A stretch of DNA of 60,956 nucleotides, filler included. It is 7 parts of 7 records of this genome, joined end to end, with 100 filler letters (N's around TTAATTAATTAA, not from the genome) between each part and the next. Parts side by side here need not be neighbours in the genome. Positions count along the whole stretch, not along the records: positions 50,826 to 60,956 come from SRR31156797_36469; 6 more parts are not named here. The stretch is one strand, 5' to 3'. This document shows, in pieces, positions 58,083-60,956 of this stretch. How positions within the stretch are numbered: position 1 is the stretch's first letter; every line of letters begins with the position of its first letter. The notes beneath the pieces are model-generated. The model was not told where the DNA came from, searched no databases, and worked only from the letters and a program-made list of their open reading frames with translations. The position numbers and the translations under genes are program-made.

Positions 58083-58457
58083 TTAAATCTCGCTTGTGAG
58101 TCATTTTTGAAAAATAAATTTCAAAATTGTATAAAAGTGTTCTGCAAAATTGTATTTTGTGGCTAATATTTGCAATTAGTGTGCAAAAGAGGGGTGGTGA
58201 TGCATTCGTGGAGCCCAAAAATGTATTTAATGATTGATTGTGCAGTCAAAATTAGAAAAGTTTAAGAAGTTGCTTAAGAGAACAGGAGTTGTGAATGCGT
58301 TAAAATATAATACAAAATGTTGCGAATTTGTATTTAGTCTTAAAGGAGAATCGTTTTTATTTACAAAAATGTGTAATTTGAAAAAATGCTCGTGGGTTTT
58401 CCGTCAGAGGCTAATTAACAGCCCGTTTCGCCAACTCCCTGCTTGTCTTGAAACTCC

Positions 58458-60893
58458 ATGCGGGTTATGTCCCTGCTTATGAACAAGGACAACCTCTTCA
58501 CCTCCGGTATCAGTCTTTCCCCGCAGGATTTGATCCTCTACGAGCATACCCTCAAGGACCTCATTCAGGAATTCCTGCCCTTTGAATCATACAGTCTCTA
58601 TTTTCCCAAGCCCGCAAAGGGGCAGTTTCGGGCTAAGCTTGAGGCTCGTTACAATGCTGAGGAAGCACAGCTGATGCTACCTTTGCGTTTGCGTGGCCGT
58701 GACCTTTGCTATTTTATTGCCCGAGGTGTGGAGCTGGAAGCGCCAGAAACTTTACCTCCTTACCTTGAGGCCTTGGCAGCCTGTTCGCTGGAAAAGATTC
58801 TACTTTATAAAGGTTCCATCACCGATCGGCTGACCGGAATGGCTACCCGCGACTATTTCATGTCCAAGCTGAATAAAGAGTTAGACCTGATCCAGAACTG
58901 TATGATGCCTACCACTGGCGGCTGCAAGGACCCCGGAATTCCAACTTTCAGCGGTTCAGTGGGAGTGGTTGTTCTCGATCTGGATTATTTTCAGCGTATC
59001 AATGATCGTTATGGATACGGGCTGGGCGATTCTATCATTGCCGACCTTGCGGTGCGTATTAATGAGGTGGTGGTTGAGTCTGTAATCTGTGCCCGTGTTT
59101 TTGATGATAAATTTGCCTTTCTGATTCCGGACGGACGGCCTAAAGCCTGTGCCAAGCTGGCTGAAGAATTGCGAGCGCTGGTGGAGAGTTTCCCGGTAGA
59201 AGACCCGGTAACCGGGGATGTGATCAAGATCAGTGTCAGTGCGGGGTATGCCAACTATCCGCAATCCCTTTCCGGTCCCCATTTTAAGCGTTCCGCAGAC
59301 GAGCAGGCCCGCATCCTTATGCGCAAGGCAGCCAAGGCCGTGGCAACTGCCAAGGATTTTGGACGGAATTGCGTTTTTGCTTATTCTGATATCTTGCAGA
59401 AGGGTGCCAAGGTTCTGGAAGTGCTGCCTTTGCAGCGTTTGGCTCTGTCCATCGGTCAGAGTGTCGATGCCCGCGAGGGGGCGCGTTTTCTGGTCTGGTC
59501 TCCGGATTACCAGTCCGGCACACAGGCCCATCTTACGGAAGATGAACGTATTTCCGGGACATACCCGACCATGTACAAGGCTGAAGTGGTTATCATCGAG
59601 GTGCAGGAAGAAATTGCTTTTGCGGAGATACTGCATTTGAGTGACCCGGCATGGCCTGTTACCGAGGGGGACCGTCTGACCCTGCTCAATGAAAAGGATA
59701 GTTTTTTTGATGCTCAGGCTGGACCGGAAGCGAATGCTTCTCCACAGCGGGATATGATTACCGGGCTGTTCAACTATAAGGAATTCATCGGTCGTTACAG
59801 CCGGATGCGTCAGAATTTGGAGAAATTTTCCGTGGCTGTGCTGCGTCTTGCCGCCAACCCGGCGGAGCAGGGCGGGAATTTTCAGAAGTTGACCGATGCA
59901 CAGGTTCAGAAAGTAGCCTCAAGGGCGGAGACCTTTTTTGATAAATCCTGCATGGGAGGGCGCTATAGCTTGAACAGCCTGATTTATTTTTTCCCTGAGG
60001 GTGAATCTGATACGGTGATGGAAAATGTCTTGCGGTTGGTGCGTGAGTGTTCCGATGACTTTGAGATTGAGCTTGCTGCCGGGGTTGCTTCCTTTCCCTT
60101 CCTTAATTACCGGCGCAGCGAGATTCTTGAGAACTGTCGCAAGGGGTTGGATCATTCACTTATGCTCGAAAAGCCCATGGTCGCTCAGTTTGATTCTGTC
60201 TCGTTGAACATTTCCGCTGACCGTTTTTACGTGGACGGAGATATTTATGGTGCTATCGAGGAATTTCGCCTCGCCCTGCTGGCTGATTCTGATAACATTC
60301 TTGCCCGCAACTCTCTGGGGATCTGTTACGCGCAGGTAGGTAAGCCGGAGCAGGCCCGCAAGCAGTTTGAGGAAGTTCTCAGCATCACTCCCAAGAACAT
60401 CATGGCCCTCTACAACCTCGGTTGGACCTGCCAGATGCTGGGAAGTATGGATAAGGCCCGTGAGGCTTATGAAAAATGCCTTGAACTGGAACCGGAGAAC
60501 GTTTTCTCTCTTGTTCGTCTTGGCGTCCTTTCCGAGCAGGACAAAGGGTTGGATGAGGCGGAGCAATATTATCTCAAGGCTGCCAAACTCAAGGGTGGGG
60601 ATGCCCTGAGCATGCGTCATTTGGCTCGCATATCCTACTCCCGGGGAGATATGGATAAGGCCCGTGAATATCTGCATCAGGCTCTGAACGCCAACCACAA
60701 CGATGCTGCCGCTATGAATATGCTGGCCCGTATTTATCTGGAAAGCGGTGAGGATCCGCAGGTTGCTGAAGTTTTGGCCCGTCAGAGTGCGGCGCTTAAG
60801 CCTGCAAAGGAACAGTTCTGGGAAACCCTTGCCAAGGCTCTGGATGTGCAGGAAAAATTTGAAGAAGCCGAACAGGTAAGATCTAGATTTTAA
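58458..60893 (+). CDS. GGDEF-like + TPR protein with degenerate catalytic motif
   Basis: TDRLTG, DLDYFQRINDRYGY.LGD, but VFDDKF at the GGDEF position; second GGDEF-like segment; C-terminal TPRs (ARNSLG, ALYNLG). Confidence 0.85.
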   Translation: MRVMSLLMNKDNLFTSGISLSPQDLILYEHTLKDLIQEFLPFESYSLYFPKPAKGQFRAKLEARYNAEEAQLMLPLRLRGRDLCYFIARGVELEAPETLPPYLEALAACSLEKILLYKGSITDRLTGMATRDYFMSKLNKELDLIQNCMMPTTGGCKDPGIPTFSGSVGVVVLDLDYFQRINDRYGYGLGDSIIADLAVRINEVVVESVICARVFDDKFAFLIPDGRPKACAKLAEELRALVESFPVEDPVTGDVIKISVSAGYANYPQSLSGPHFKRSADEQARILMRKAAKAVATAKDFGRNCVFAYSDILQKGAKVLEVLPLQRLALSIGQSVDAREGARFLVWSPDYQSGTQAHLTEDERISGTYPTMYKAEVVIIEVQEEIAFAEILHLSDPAWPVTEGDRLTLLNEKDSFFDAQAGPEANASPQRDMITGLFNYKEFIGRYSRMRQNLEKFSVAVLRLAANPAEQGGNFQKLTDAQVQKVASRAETFFDKSCMGGRYSLNSLIYFFPEGESDTVMENVLRLVRECSDDFEIELAAGVASFPFLNYRRSEILENCRKGLDHSLMLEKPMVAQFDSVSLNISADRFYVDGDIYGAIEEFRLALLADSDNILARNSLGICYAQVGKPEQARKQFEEVLSITPKNIMALYNLGWTCQMLGSMDKAREAYEKCLELEPENVFSLVRLGVLSEQDKGLDEAEQYYLKAAKLKGGDALSMRHLARISYSRGDMDKAREYLHQALNANHNDAAAMNMLARIYLESGEDPQVAEVLARQSAALKPAKEQFWETLAKALDVQEKFEEAEQVRSRF

Positions 60894-60956
60894 AGAGGAT
60901 GTTTTCAGCGGCTGGGGAACCTTTTCACAAAAAGGGTTTAAGGCCCCCGGCAGGGT

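Noticed and set aside
58083-58457. Rex-type operators or the 82-aa ORF in the AT-rich divergent spacer
   Set aside because: Only half-site matches (TTGTGAA), and the ORF has no motif or clear RBS.
15092-60893. A c-di-GMP network (HD-GYP, GGDEFs) controlling the Tad pilus
   Set aside because: The components lie on separate contigs, probably from different organisms.

Overview
This window is not one continuous locus. It holds seven contigs joined by six artificial 100-nt N...TTAATTAATTAA...N linkers, and they appear to come from several anaerobes. (1) 1-6635: AT-rich island with a 1534-aa PD-(D/E)xK nuclease-STAND NTPase (Avs/NLR-like), a frameshifted membrane/zinc-ribbon gene and a methyltransferase. 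(2) 6736-14597: very AT-rich, methanogen-like glycosylation cluster (CapA-like, 2x GT4, GT2, DUF2206-like, Wzx, nucleotide-sugar dehydrogenase end). (3) 14698-21183: hybrid kinase + HD-GYP regulator, FMN riboswitch-ribB and an MFS transporter. (4) 21284-36729: complete Tad/Flp pilus locus, including a 54-aa Flp pilin missed by the ORF track, behind a sigma-54 promoter. (5) 36830-43340: a second, different ~1900-aa Cap4-like nuclease-STAND protein. (6) 43441-50725: serS, 5-FTHF cyclo-ligase, K+ channel, pcm, yqaA, a selenocysteine DsbA/FrnE protein (in-frame UGA + SECIS-like hairpin, truncated in the ORF track), YkgJ, Cache-GGDEF and LysR. (7) 50826-60956: Desulfovibrionaceae-like metK/panC, a 7-repeat FG-GAP surface protein, Lrp, a duplicated soluble Cache-like protein and a degenerate GGDEF-TPR protein. 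The best leads are the two nuclease-STAND candidate antiphage sensors and the hidden selenoprotein. All calls rest on motif reading only; no searches were run.
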